Shown here: piece by piece, positions 37,672 to 46,950 of the stretch
Layout of the letters: each line of letters starts with the position of its first letter
How positions within the stretch are numbered: the first letter of the stretch is position 1
From: Bacteriovoracia bacterium
GTDB taxonomy: Bacteria; Bdellovibrionota; UBA1018; CAIPTA01
DNA length: 64,000 bases
Assembly: GCA_050246755.1 (NCBI GenBank)
Contig: JBFWVL010000001.1
Span: forward strand, 1,632,001-1,696,000
Reading direction: 5' to 3'
Notes under the pieces: generated by a model
What the model was told of the DNA's origin: nothing
Database searches by the model: none
What the model saw: the letters and a program-made list of their open reading frames with translations, nothing else
Made by a program: the position numbers and the translations under genes

Positions 37672-38339
37672 TGCATTCTTCCGGCGATGAGGAACAAGAG
37701 GAACTTGAGACCCGAATTGAGGACTCCAAAGCCCGCGTGCGTGCGCAGCTGGGGCTCGAAGTTCCCGTGGAACCTTTTGCCAATTCGGTTCGGGTATTAG
37801 TGCTACAGCATCCGCAGGAGCCTGATAAGGAGCTAGGTACGGCTTCGCTGCTGGTGCGTGCGCTCGGAAAGGCCGAATTGCGGGTGGGGCTTTCGTGGAA
37901 ATCCCTCAAGCACTTGGTGGGATCGGAAGTGGTGCCGGGTACTTGGGCGGTGCTCTACCTCGGCCCTAAGGGTAAAGAGTATTCGCAGCCGGTAAATTTT
38001 GTGAATAATAAGGGGGAGCCGGTGGCCGTCACGGCGAATATTCAGGGCCTGGTGGTGCTGGATGGAACCTGGAGCCAAGCCAAGGCGCTGTGGTGGAGAA
38101 ATTCTTGGCTCACGAAGCTGAAACGGGTGGTACTAAAGCCAGCCGGCCCCTCCCTTTACGGAAGGCTCCGCAAAGAACCGCGTGCGGAGGCGCTGTCCAC
38201 CATCGAATCCACGGCCCTCGCGCTTTCCAAGATCGATCCGAAAGGTGCGGAGTTGCAGCGCCATCTCGAGGGGGCTTTTGCGAGGATGCTCGAGGAATTC
38301 AAGGCGCGTAAGCGCGCTAGTCCAGCGGCAAAGCCTTAA
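37671..38339 (+). CDS. DTW-domain tRNA-uridine aminocarboxypropyltransferase
   Basis: LQHPQE, LDGTW.QA, LRKEP....LST.E. Confidence 0.9.
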   Translation: MHSSGDEEQEELETRIEDSKARVRAQLGLEVPVEPFANSVRVLVLQHPQEPDKELGTASLLVRALGKAELRVGLSWKSLKHLVGSEVVPGTWAVLYLGPKGKEYSQPVNFVNNKGEPVAVTANIQGLVVLDGTWSQAKALWWRNSWLTKLKRVVLKPAGPSLYGRLRKEPRAEALSTIESTALALSKIDPKGAELQRHLEGAFARMLEEFKARKRASPAAKP

Positions 38340-39273
38340 AGGCCTCAGTAGCTTCCAGTAGTTTCGCCTGAATTCCGGGCTCCCAAGCGGAATGACCCGC
38401 GTCGGGCACGATATGAAGCTGCGCTTCCGGCCAGGCGGTTTTTAAGTCCCAAGCGTTTTTAACCGGGCAAATCACGTCGTAGCGGCCGTGCACGATCACG
38501 CCAGGAATCTGGCGAAGCTTCTCTGCATTCTCCAGCAGGTAATTGTCGGTTTCAAAGAATGCTTTGTTCACGAAATAGTGATTTTCGATGCGCGCAAATT
38601 CCAGAGCATGCTTATCGTCGTCGAAAACCTTGGTTTCCCTATCGTCCACCAGCAAGTGCGCGGTTCCGCCTTCCCACTTGGCCCAAGCGCGCGCGGCATT
38701 CAGCTTCTCGGCTTCGTCGCTGCCAGTGAGGCGTCGATGGTAGGCCTGCACCAGGTTTTCTCTTTCCTCGGGCGGGATAGCGCCAAGGTAGGTTTCCCAA
38801 AGATCGGGAAAGATTTTCGATGCGCCGTCTTGGTAAAACCAGTCGATCTCTTCTTTGCGGCAGAGGAAAATTCCGCGAAGGATGAGCCCGCGCACGCGCG
38901 AAGGATGTTTGGTGGCGTAGGCGAGGGCGAGGGTGGAGCCCCAGCTGCCCCCGAAGACGATCCAGTTCCGTAGCCCGATATGTTTGCGGATTAATTCGAT
39001 ATCGTGCACCAAATCCCAGGTGGAATTCTCTTCGAGCTCGGCGGTGGGGGTGCTTTTTCCGCAGCCGCGCTGATCAAAGAGAATAATCCGGTAATAACTG
39101 GGGTCGAAAAATTGCCGGTGTTTGGGGCTGGTTCCGGCTCCCGGGCCGCCATGCAGGAAGATCACGGGCTGTCCATCGGGGTTTCCGCTCTGTTCCACAT
39201 AGAGGTCATGGAGCGGCGAGGCCTTAAGGGTTTCGGTTTTGAAGGGTTCGATCGCGGGAAAAAGCTCTGGCAT
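38317..39273 (-). CDS. pip: Proline iminopeptidase
   Basis: HGGPG, DQRG.G.S, GGSWG, GRYD, AGH. Confidence 0.97.
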   Translation of the reverse strand: MPELFPAIEPFKTETLKASPLHDLYVEQSGNPDGQPVIFLHGGPGAGTSPKHRQFFDPSYYRIILFDQRGCGKSTPTAELEENSTWDLVHDIELIRKHIGLRNWIVFGGSWGSTLALAYATKHPSRVRGLILRGIFLCRKEEIDWFYQDGASKIFPDLWETYLGAIPPEERENLVQAYHRRLTGSDEAEKLNAARAWAKWEGGTAHLLVDDRETKVFDDDKHALEFARIENHYFVNKAFFETDNYLLENAEKLRQIPGVIVHGRYDVICPVKNAWDLKTAWPEAQLHIVPDAGHSAWEPGIQAKLLEATEAFKALPLD

Positions 39274-39552
39274 GGGATCTAAGGTAGCGGGATTCGCGGC
39301 GGATGACAAAATTTTCAGGGGGTACGCGCCTCCAATAAATTCTATTTATCGCTATGCTTTCTGGCGCCGATTCTTAGGCATTCTTTCACTATGCAGGAGG
39401 CCTGCGGCCGAATTTTTTTCCGGATCTACTGCGCCAACCCTGTAATTTTTATAGAAACATCTGTTCGGTGCTCCGGGAAATTGGTCCGTAAGCCACTAAT
39501 AATACTAATGATTTTATCTAACGAAGAAATCGATTTTTTTAGCGGTTTATTT

Positions 39553-39582
39553 TTGACTTAGCGAGTCAACCTAAACTATAAC
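39553..39582 (+). promoter_or_regulatory. sigma70-like promoter with a palindrome over the -35 element
   Basis: TTGACT-N18-TATAAC; TTGACT-N5-AGTCAA at 39553-39569. Confidence 0.6.
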
Positions 39583-39637
39583 GCCTGCAGAGATGTTTCT
39601 CTGAGGGAGCATCCAAAAAGGGGAAAGGACCCAACCA

Positions 39638-41365
39638 ATGAAGATGAGAAGCGTATTGGCAGGATTAGCAGTTGGAACGCTGCTGTTTTTGGGAGCTGCG
39701 CAAAATGGCGTGGCCGGAATGTCGTCGGAGCAACGCCTCAACGATTATAGTCAGCTCGTAAATATCATCGAGCGCCATTACGGTCCTATGCGCTGGAAGC
39801 AAACCACGATTAACCTCGATTGGAAGCGCCTCGTTGAGGAATTCCGCGGCAAGGTGCTCAATGTGCGCTCCGACGCCGAATTCTACCGCGTTTTGGCCCA
39901 GTTCATTGCGAACCTCCAGGATGCTCACGTGAGCCCAATGATTCCTTCCAACTACAAAGCCAGCCTCGGTTTTGGCATCGATCTCGTTGAGGGCAAGGCC
40001 CTGATCGAAACCATCGATCGGCTCCGCCTGCCGGAAGTATTATTCCCCTTCAAAAAAGGCGATCAAGTTCTCGCCATCGGCGGGGTGCCGGTGGAAACGA
40101 TCGCGGAAGAAATGAGCCTCGTGAGCAAGACCGGCTCCGATGCGAGCACCAAGCGTATTGCCTACGCTCGTATCACCACTCGCAAGGAGGCTTCGGGTGT
40201 GGCGGTTCCTAAGGGCATCACCACTATCACCGTATTGCCCAAGGGCGCGGGCACTCCTGTTACGGTTACCGCCACCTGGATACTCACGGGAACTCCGCTC
40301 GTGGAGCTCGATGACCTCGCCGGCCAGCTAAGCTCCAGCAATGTCAGCACCGTGGCCACCGCCAGCGATGGCGAGAGCCTCACGCAAGAGCTGAAGAAGC
40401 TTTCGATCTTCAACCTCTCGCTTCCTCAGTCGTTCCTGAACGATCTCCAGCGTACCGGTATCAGCGATATGGGCGCCGCGAAATCGATGTTTACTCTGCC
40501 GGCAGGCGCTAAGGTTTACGACGATATTTCGGTTACGGCCGCGGTCTACGAAGTGGCTGGCAAGAAAATCGGCATTCTCCGCATTCCTTCCTATACGGAA
40601 GAGGGGCTCACCGAAGTTCTCGCCCGCGCGCTCGTGCGCATGGAAAAGGAAACCGACGTGCTCGTGCTCGACCAGACGAATAACCCGGGCGGATCCGTTT
40701 CTCAGGTTTCCGACATCGTGGGCCTCTTCGCTGATAAGAGCTATAAGGACATGGACTTCGAAATCCGCCCGAGTCTCGCTTGGTTGCAGACTTTCCAGGA
40801 CATCAATCAGCAGATCGACACAATGCTGAAGAACGATGCGAACGACATGGCGGCTAATGCCCTGAAGGCTCGCTTCGATTACCTGGAATCAGAAGTGCGT
40901 GAATCGCTCGTGCAAAAGCGTTTCCTCACGAACCCGGTTTCCCTCAACCTCGTGGGAACTTTCGGGATGATTCAGCCCGCCGCTTCGGTTCATTACACCA
41001 AGCCTGTTCTGCTCTTGATCAACGAGCTGGATTTCTCTGGTGGTGATGCATTCCCCGCCCTCATGAAAGATAACGGACGCGTTACGATCTTCGGCACCGC
41101 CACTACTGGTGCCGGCGGAAACGTGCGCGAGTACGGCCCCCTGGCCAATTCCTTCTTCAAGCTTCACCTCACGGAGAGCTTGATGGTTCGCCCCAACGGC
41201 GAATACATGGAAAACCGCGGCGTGAAGCCCGATGTGGAATACGCCTTCACCGAAGACGATTTCATGAACGGCTACCGCAACTACGTACAGCGTTTCACGG
41301 TAGAAGCTTTGAAGCTCACGGGAATGACCCAAGAGCAAATTGACGCCGCTGCCGTAGCTAAATAG
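39638..41365 (+). CDS. Secreted S41 peptidase, CPAF-like
   Basis: YGP..WK, L.DAH, PDZ-like region, DQTNNPGG, DFSGGD.FP, T.GAGG, ENRGV.P. Confidence 0.9.
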   Translation: MKMRSVLAGLAVGTLLFLGAAQNGVAGMSSEQRLNDYSQLVNIIERHYGPMRWKQTTINLDWKRLVEEFRGKVLNVRSDAEFYRVLAQFIANLQDAHVSPMIPSNYKASLGFGIDLVEGKALIETIDRLRLPEVLFPFKKGDQVLAIGGVPVETIAEEMSLVSKTGSDASTKRIAYARITTRKEASGVAVPKGITTITVLPKGAGTPVTVTATWILTGTPLVELDDLAGQLSSSNVSTVATASDGESLTQELKKLSIFNLSLPQSFLNDLQRTGISDMGAAKSMFTLPAGAKVYDDISVTAAVYEVAGKKIGILRIPSYTEEGLTEVLARALVRMEKETDVLVLDQTNNPGGSVSQVSDIVGLFADKSYKDMDFEIRPSLAWLQTFQDINQQIDTMLKNDANDMAANALKARFDYLESEVRESLVQKRFLTNPVSLNLVGTFGMIQPAASVHYTKPVLLLINELDFSGGDAFPALMKDNGRVTIFGTATTGAGGNVREYGPLANSFFKLHLTESLMVRPNGEYMENRGVKPDVEYAFTEDDFMNGYRNYVQRFTVEALKLTGMTQEQIDAAAVAK

Positions 41366-41410
41366 GCGACGAAAAATCCTGATACCGGCTGCTTCACTGC
41401 AGCAGGAAAT

Positions 41411-41440
41411 AGAAGGGCCCTTTGGGGCCCTTTCTTTTTT
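41411..41440 (+). terminator. Intrinsic terminator
   Basis: AGAAGGGCCC-TTTG-GGGCCCTTTCTTTTTT. Confidence 0.85.
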
Positions 41441-41550
41441 GCTCCGTTCCAAAAGGCCGGCATTTCCCCCCGGGCCCTACCTGTGCCGAAATTGGCAAAC
41501 CATGCTACGCTGAAAGCGCACATACTCTCAATTGAGCCCAAGGAGCCGGG

Positions 41551-43824
41551 ATGAAAATCGACAGCACCAAAGAATTCGTGGAAAGCGCTTACCAGCGCAT
41601 GGAAAAAAATCTCGCGGTGGTGCGCAAGCGCCTCAATCGCCCGCTCACGCTAATGGAAAAAATCGTGCTGGGCCATCTCGAAGATCCCGCCAACCAAGAG
41701 CTGAATCCTGGCGAGAGTTTCCTGCTGCTGAAGCCTGATCGCGTGGCCATGCAAGACGCCACCGCGCAAATGGCGCTTCTCCAGTTCATGACCGCCGGCG
41801 TGCCCCGCACCGCGGTTCCCACCACCGTGCACTGCGATCACCTTTTGCTCGGGCGCTTCGGCGCCGCCAAAGATCTAAGTACCGCGCTCCAAGTGAACAA
41901 GGAAGTGTTTGAATTCCTCGAGAGCGTTTCTAATAAGTATGGCGTGGGCTTCTGGAAGCCGGGATCCGGGATCATCCACCAAGTAGTGCTCGAGAACTAC
42001 GCGTTCCCCGGTGGAATGATGATCGGTACCGATTCCCACACTCCGAACGCCGGCGGCCTCGGCATGATCGCCGTGGGCGTGGGCGGCGGCGACGCCGTGG
42101 ACGTGATGGCCGGTTTCCCCTGGGAAGTAAAGTACCCGAAGCTCGTGGGCGTGAAACTCACCGGAAAAATGAACGGCTGGACCAGCGCCAAGGACGTGAT
42201 CCTGAAATTGCTCGGCATCATGACGGTGAAGGGCGGAACCAACAAGATCGTGGAATACTTTGGGGATGGCGTGGCCTCCATTTCCTGCACCGGCAAGGGC
42301 ACGATCACGAACATGGGAGCCGAGCTTGGCGCCACTACTTCCGTATTTCCTTACGACGAAAGCATGAGCCGTTACCTGAAGGCCACTAACCGTGCGGATC
42401 TTGCGGCGCTCGCCGAGAAATACAAGCACTTGGTAACGGCCGATCCTGAGATCGCCAAGGATCCCTCGAAGTACTACGACGAAGTGATCGAGATCAATCT
42501 TTCTACTCTCGAGCCTCACGTGGTGGGGCCGCATACGCCCGACCTCGCGCGCTCCATCTCGGAGCTCGGCCCCGAGGCGAAAGATAAGGGCTACGCGATG
42601 GCCCTCTCGGCCGCCCTCATCGGCAGCTGCACCAACTCTTCCTACGAAGATATTTCCCGCGCGGCCGACGTGGCCTCCCAGGCGCTGGCCCACGGCGTGA
42701 AATCCAAGAGCCAGCTCTTCATTTCGCCGGGTTCCGAACAAGTATTCGAAACCGTAAAGCGCGATGGCATGCTTTCCACCCTAGAAGCCGCCGGCGGGGT
42801 AGTGCTCACCAACTCCTGCGGCCCTTGCATCGGCCAATGGAAGCGCGACGACGTGGTGGAGGGGACGAAAAACTCCATCATCACCAGCTTTAACCGCAAC
42901 TTTCGCGGGCGTAACGACGGAAATCCCGAAACCGAAGGCTTCATCTCTTCTCCCGAAGTGGTAGTGGCGATGGGGCTCGCGGGCCGCCTCGACTTCAACC
43001 CGATGACCGATGAGCTCACCGGCGCGAAGGGCGAGAAATTTAAATTGAAGGAGCCGAAAAAGGCGGACGATATTCCGCCCTCCGGATTCATCCCCAAGCG
43101 CGACGGATTCGTGGCCCCGGCCGACGATTCCTCTAAGGTGAACGTGAAGATCGCTCCTACCAGCGATCGCCTGCAGGAGCTCGAGCCTTTCGCCGCCTGG
43201 AACGGAGGCGATTATATCGACCTTCCGCTCTTGCTGAAGGCCAAAGGCAAGTGCACCACCGACCATATTTCTCCGGCAGGCCCTTGGCTGAAGTACCGCG
43301 GCCATCTCGATAATATCTCGAACAATATGTTCCTCGGCGCGATCAACTTCTTCACCGGCGAACCCGGTAAGGTAGTGAACGCCTTCACCGGCGAGAAGCA
43401 TGAAACTCCGAAAGTGGCGCGCGATTATAAAGCCCGCAATCTAAACTGGGTGGTGGTGGGCGACGAAAACTACGGAGAAGGCTCTTCCCGTGAACATGCG
43501 GCGATGAGCCCGCGCTTCCTAGGCGGCGTGGCCGTGATCGTAAAAAGTTTCGCGCGTATCCACGAGACCAACCTGAAGAAGCAGGGAATGCTGCCGCTCA
43601 CGTTCGCCAATCCCGCCGACTACGATAAGGTTCTCGATAAGGATAAAATTTCCATCGTGGGCCTCAAGGACATCGCCCCCGGCAAACCGCTCAAATGTGT
43701 GCTCACCCACGCCGACGGTAAAAAAGACGAGATCCAGCTGAAGCATACTTTGAATGCCGAACAGATCGTTTGGTTCAAGGCCGGCTCTGCGCTCAACGTG
43801 CTGCGGAAAAAAGATAAGAACTAA
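41551..43824 (+). CDS. acn: Aconitate hydratase (mitochondrial-type subfamily)
   Basis: [49 protein letters not shown]. Confidence 0.97.
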   Translation: MKIDSTKEFVESAYQRMEKNLAVVRKRLNRPLTLMEKIVLGHLEDPANQELNPGESFLLLKPDRVAMQDATAQMALLQFMTAGVPRTAVPTTVHCDHLLLGRFGAAKDLSTALQVNKEVFEFLESVSNKYGVGFWKPGSGIIHQVVLENYAFPGGMMIGTDSHTPNAGGLGMIAVGVGGGDAVDVMAGFPWEVKYPKLVGVKLTGKMNGWTSAKDVILKLLGIMTVKGGTNKIVEYFGDGVASISCTGKGTITNMGAELGATTSVFPYDESMSRYLKATNRADLAALAEKYKHLVTADPEIAKDPSKYYDEVIEINLSTLEPHVVGPHTPDLARSISELGPEAKDKGYAMALSAALIGSCTNSSYEDISRAADVASQALAHGVKSKSQLFISPGSEQVFETVKRDGMLSTLEAAGGVVLTNSCGPCIGQWKRDDVVEGTKNSIITSFNRNFRGRNDGNPETEGFISSPEVVVAMGLAGRLDFNPMTDELTGAKGEKFKLKEPKKADDIPPSGFIPKRDGFVAPADDSSKVNVKIAPTSDRLQELEPFAAWNGGDYIDLPLLLKAKGKCTTDHISPAGPWLKYRGHLDNISNNMFLGAINFFTGEPGKVVNAFTGEKHETPKVARDYKARNLNWVVVGDENYGEGSSREHAAMSPRFLGGVAVIVKSFARIHETNLKKQGMLPLTFANPADYDKVLDKDKISIVGLKDIAPGKPLKCVLTHADGKKDEIQLKHTLNAEQIVWFKAGSALNVLRKKDKN

Positions 43825-43842
43825 TCAGCTAGCGATACTACG

Positions 43843-43871
43843 AAGGCGCCCTCGAAAGAGCGGCGCCTTTT
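43843..43871 (+). terminator. Intrinsic terminator
   Basis: AAGGCGCC-CTCGAAAGAGC-GGCGCCTTTT. Confidence 0.8.
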
Positions 43872-43910
43872 CTGTTTTTAAGTGCTTGATATTTCGGCAC
43901 TTTAAATTAC

Positions 43911-43939
43911 TGGACTAAATTACTTTATTTGTCTATTAT
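43911..43939 (+). promoter_or_regulatory. sigma70-like promoter upstream of the sORF
   Basis: TGGACT-N17-TATTAT with overlapping TAAATTACT direct repeats. Confidence 0.55.
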
Positions 43940-43985
43940 TCTCCTCCCACGCAAGACGCGTGCGGCAAGAACTAGGAGTTGTTCG

Positions 43986-44063
43986 ATGACCAAACGCGCG
44001 CGGAGTTTTCTTCCAGCTAGCTCTACCCCTGTTGCCTTTGTGGATAATGGTTCTGCTGCTTAA
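43986..44063 (+). CDS. Putative 25-aa small protein MTKRARSFLPASSTPVAFVDNGSAA
   Basis: AGGAG RBS 7 nt before the ATG, own promoter, below the ORF-track length cutoff. Confidence 0.45.
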   Translation: MTKRARSFLPASSTPVAFVDNGSAA

Positions 44064-44074
44064 GGCGATTTAAC

Positions 44075-44371
44075 TCACTCTTCTTCTTTGAGCTTCTTCA
44101 GCGCTTCTTCTACTGGAGTGCTGAGCTTCTTCGTAGCGTTGCAGGCCTTGCACGCGGGCACCACGTTGCCCTTCGTGCTGGTGCCTCCGCGAGCTACCGG
44201 CACGATATGGTCCATCGTGAGTTCACTGGCTTTGAATTTTTTCCCGCAGTAGTGGCAGAGGCCCTTGCCCAATATATTCTTCCACCACTGGGAAGCTTTG
44301 AGCTCCTGGGCTTTTTTGCGTTCCTTCTTACGGGTCGCTTCGTCGATTTCGAGGAAATACCAATCGGCCAT
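44075..44371 (-). CDS. Small HNH endonuclease
   Basis: WW....G.CHYC, LTMDHIVP..RGG.S...N.VP.C..CN..K. Confidence 0.92.
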   Translation of the reverse strand: MADWYFLEIDEATRKKERKKAQELKASQWWKNILGKGLCHYCGKKFKASELTMDHIVPVARGGTSTKGNVVPACKACNATKKLSTPVEEALKKLKEEE

Positions 44372-44411
44372 CTTTGCCTTTCTACCGCATTTGGATATAT
44401 TGCGTCCAGTC

Positions 44412-44975
44412 ATGCGGTCCAGCGATATCACTAGAGAAAATCTTTGGCAGCCTTTCCGCCTGGCGGAGAAGGGCGACGCGATTCGCGCCATGCAGAGCGC
44501 GGAGGGGGTGGCCGATCGCCTACGGCTCGTGGCCTTTGCCGAGCTCCAAGCTAGAGATGCCTTTCGCTCTGGCGCCGCCCGCTTCGAGGGGAAGATCGCC
44601 GAAGAGTTACGCCAAACTTGGCTACGATTCGCCGAGGTAGAGGACCGGCACGCGCAGATGCTGCTGGCGCGGATGGCGGAGCTCGGAGTGGATCCGGGTG
44701 CGCGCGCGGTGAGCGATAAGCTTACGCGGCTCTGCGAGAAGGCCACGGACCCGATCGTATTTCTTTTTCTCCTTTCAAGCGCCGAAGAGCGCGGAATGGA
44801 ACAAGGCAAGATTCTCGGGGACCAAATGCTTGCGGTAGATGCCGCCTCCGCGAAAATTTTCATTCAAATCGCTGAGGAAGAAGTAGAGCACGTGCAAATG
44901 GCGCGCGATGCTCTCGCCGGTTTTGATCTGGATAATTTGCGCACCCAGGCCCGCGCGGTGAACGCTTTGCTCTAA
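44412..44975 (+). CDS. Ferritin-like (DUF455-like) diiron protein
   Basis: AELQA, EVEDRH, AEE.G, EEEVEH (ExxH pairs). Confidence 0.75.
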   Translation: MRSSDITRENLWQPFRLAEKGDAIRAMQSAEGVADRLRLVAFAELQARDAFRSGAARFEGKIAEELRQTWLRFAEVEDRHAQMLLARMAELGVDPGARAVSDKLTRLCEKATDPIVFLFLLSSAEERGMEQGKILGDQMLAVDAASAKIFIQIAEEEVEHVQMARDALAGFDLDNLRTQARAVNALL

Positions 44976-45002
44976 GCGGAAATCCTCGCTATCATTGCAG
45001 TC

Positions 45003-45527
45003 ATGGGAATCAGCAATAGAATGTACCTCGTGCTCGGCGTGTGCGCGATGCTCGTGGCCGGCGGTGGCCTCCTGGTGGGCAAGCAAAGGGAACGAGCTTA
45101 TATCGAGGCCCTGCAGAGTCACCATGATTTCACCCTGCTCGACGACGCCGACGAGCTGTTCCAGCTGAACAAATTTCCCAAAGACGAAAAACTTTTGTTG
45201 ATCTTCACGCCCGACGGAATCCCTACGTCTACGGTAAAAGCCTTCTACGATTTTTCGCGTCACCTGCCCCAGTTGGCGGCCTCTCATATCCAGGTGAAGC
45301 TGATCACACGCATGAATAAAGAGATCGTGGCGAACTTCAAGCGGGTTACGCGCTTCGAAGGAAGAGTGCTGCTCGACATGGGCGGCGCGGTGGGGCGCGC
45401 CGCAGGCGTTTGGCCTACGATCGATCCCGTGACTCACTGGAGCTACGTGCTCGTGGACAATCAGTTCAAGATTTACTGGACGAAGCTATCCGAGGCGCCC
45501 TTGGCCTTCGAGGAAATTCCGCGCTAG
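45003..45527 (+). CDS. Membrane-anchored thioredoxin/redoxin-fold protein lacking CxxC
   Basis: TM anchor, DFTL.D....F.L, LLIF.P, LLD.GG.V....GV, YVLVD. Confidence 0.6.
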   Translation: MGISNRMYLVLGVCAMLVAGGGLLVGKQRERAYIEALQSHHDFTLLDDADELFQLNKFPKDEKLLLIFTPDGIPTSTVKAFYDFSRHLPQLAASHIQVKLITRMNKEIVANFKRVTRFEGRVLLDMGGAVGRAAGVWPTIDPVTHWSYVLVDNQFKIYWTKLSEAPLAFEEIPR

Positions 45528-45928
45528 AACTTCGAGGCGGATTTCGAGTGCTCTACCTTCACGACCGTGTGGATATTTCCGCGCACCGTGAAATCGGCGG
45601 CTAAGTGAATCTCATGCGGATCGAGCAGGGTGATCAAATCGTCGGCGATGATATTCGCCACGTCTTCGTGAAATACGCCCATATCGCGGAACTTATTGAT
45701 GTAGAGCTTGAGACTCTTGAGCTCCACGCACCATTTGTCGGGCGAGTAAGTGATGTAGATGGTGGCGAAATCGGGGAAGCCGGTTTTCGGGCACACGCAG
45801 GTGAATTCTGGGCAGGTGAACTCCACGGTATATTTGCGCTTCGTGGTGCGGTTGGGAAAACGTTCTAGTTTGGCTTCGCGGATCTCGCGGACGCCCCGGG
45901 GTTCTTCGGTCTTTTGCTTTTTGGCCAT
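45524..45928 (-). CDS. queF: NADPH-dependent preQ1 synthase
   Basis: EFT.VCPKTGFPDFA, VELKSLKLY, FHE, RG. Confidence 0.97.
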   Translation of the reverse strand: MAKKQKTEEPRGVREIREAKLERFPNRTTKRKYTVEFTCPEFTCVCPKTGFPDFATIYITYSPDKWCVELKSLKLYINKFRDMGVFHEDVANIIADDLITLLDPHEIHLAADFTVRGNIHTVVKVEHSKSASKF

Positions 45929-46213
45929 GGGAGAGGGTTTAGCACGCATGGGGGCATAATGGCAAAAGGGCAGAGGGGTAAAATGGCCTCGAAAATAGCA
46001 CTCTATACGGCATTCCGCTTTTTAAAGAGCGGGACCAACCCATCCTTAGGTCGGCCTTATTCCACTCTACGAGAGAGATTCTATTTCGGTAGCTTGCGCA
46101 CTATGGCGGCTTGTCGGTTCTATTCACGGACTCCTCCTTTCCTTGGCGCGCCGGCATCCTAGCCAGCTGCCTTGATTTCTTAACCTGGTCTTTCCGCGGG
46201 GGGCGGTTCCTGG

Positions 46214-46774
46214 TTAAGCTGCGAGGCATACCCGGTTCTTGCCGGTATGCTTGGCATCATAGAGAGCTTTGTCCGCCGCACCCACCATGCGGCGTACTTC
46301 ACAACCTTCACTTCTCGCGGTGGCAACTCCAACACTCACGGTCACGTTCACTTCTCGCTGAATTTGTTTGCGAAGGGCCTCGGCTAAAATCTGGGCCCGG
46401 GCTTGGTTAGTGCAGAGGCCCACCACGAATTCCTCGCCCCCGAAGCGTCCTACTTCGGCGCCGGCTTTGCGGCAGCGGTGGATCACGTCGGCCACGCGCT
46501 TGAGGATATGGTCTCCCACCACGTGGCCTTCGAGATCGTTGATCTGTTTGAAATTATCGATGTCGATGAGGATGAGCGAGATGCTCCCGCCCTGGCTCTG
46601 CTCGCGCATCATTTCCATCCTGTGGAAAAATTCGTTGCGGCGGAGCAGGCCAGTGAGGTCGTCGGCGTTTACGCGAGCCTTGAGCTTCTCCAGCATGCCC
46701 ATCATTTTGTAAACGTCGGCTTCCATTTCCTGGAGCAAAGCGCTGGCTAGATTTTTGTTCATTACGTCCTGCAT
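46214..46774 (-). CDS. Stand-alone diguanylate cyclase (GGEEF)
   Basis: DDLTGL, DIDNFKQIND..GH..GD, RFGGEEF, AD.ALY.AK..GKN. Confidence 0.95.
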   Translation of the reverse strand: MQDVMNKNLASALLQEMEADVYKMMGMLEKLKARVNADDLTGLLRRNEFFHRMEMMREQSQGGSISLILIDIDNFKQINDLEGHVVGDHILKRVADVIHRCRKAGAEVGRFGGEEFVVGLCTNQARAQILAEALRKQIQREVNVTVSVGVATARSEGCEVRRMVGAADKALYDAKHTGKNRVCLAA

Positions 46775-46796
46775 ACGTGCCTCTGGAAGAGGTAAT

Positions 46797-46812
46797 TGCA
46801 GCGTTGGTGCCG
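46797..46812 (-). promoter_or_regulatory. sigma54-type promoter for the diguanylate cyclase
   Basis: CGGCACCAACGCTGCA; two upstream CTGTCTCC copies (46865-46872, 46899-46906). Confidence 0.65.
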
Positions 46813-46916
46813 TTCGGGGTTTTTGAGTGAAATTGAGGGGTTGGGGAGGTGGGTGTATCCGCGTGGAGACAGTCTTACCTGGTTTATTCGAGTTGAGGGG
46901 AGACAGGCGACTCCGC

Positions 46917-46944
46917 TTAGGGTGGGAGGGGGAAGTGCCGATAA
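46917..46944 (+). promoter_or_regulatory. sigma28/FliA-type promoter
   Basis: TTAG-N16-GCCGATAA ending 6 nt before ATG 46951 (probably leaderless). Confidence 0.65.
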
Positions 46945-46950
46945 ATAGGG

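Noticed and set aside
43940-44070. tmRNA, suggested by a reading frame ending in AA-stop
   Set aside because: No tRNA-like GGGG 5' end, T-arm or CCA; region too short; frame has its own ATG and RBS
44372-44863. N-terminal extension of the small HNH ORF
   Set aside because: Antisense to the ferritin-like gene
45930-46010. preQ1 riboswitch upstream of queF
   Set aside because: No recognisable preQ1 stem-loop plus A-rich tail; an Rfam scan would be decisive
46101-46127. 8-aa ORF VNRTDKPP behind AGGAGG on the minus strand
   Set aside because: Too short to support; the AGGAGG is equally explained by the GGA-rich RNA
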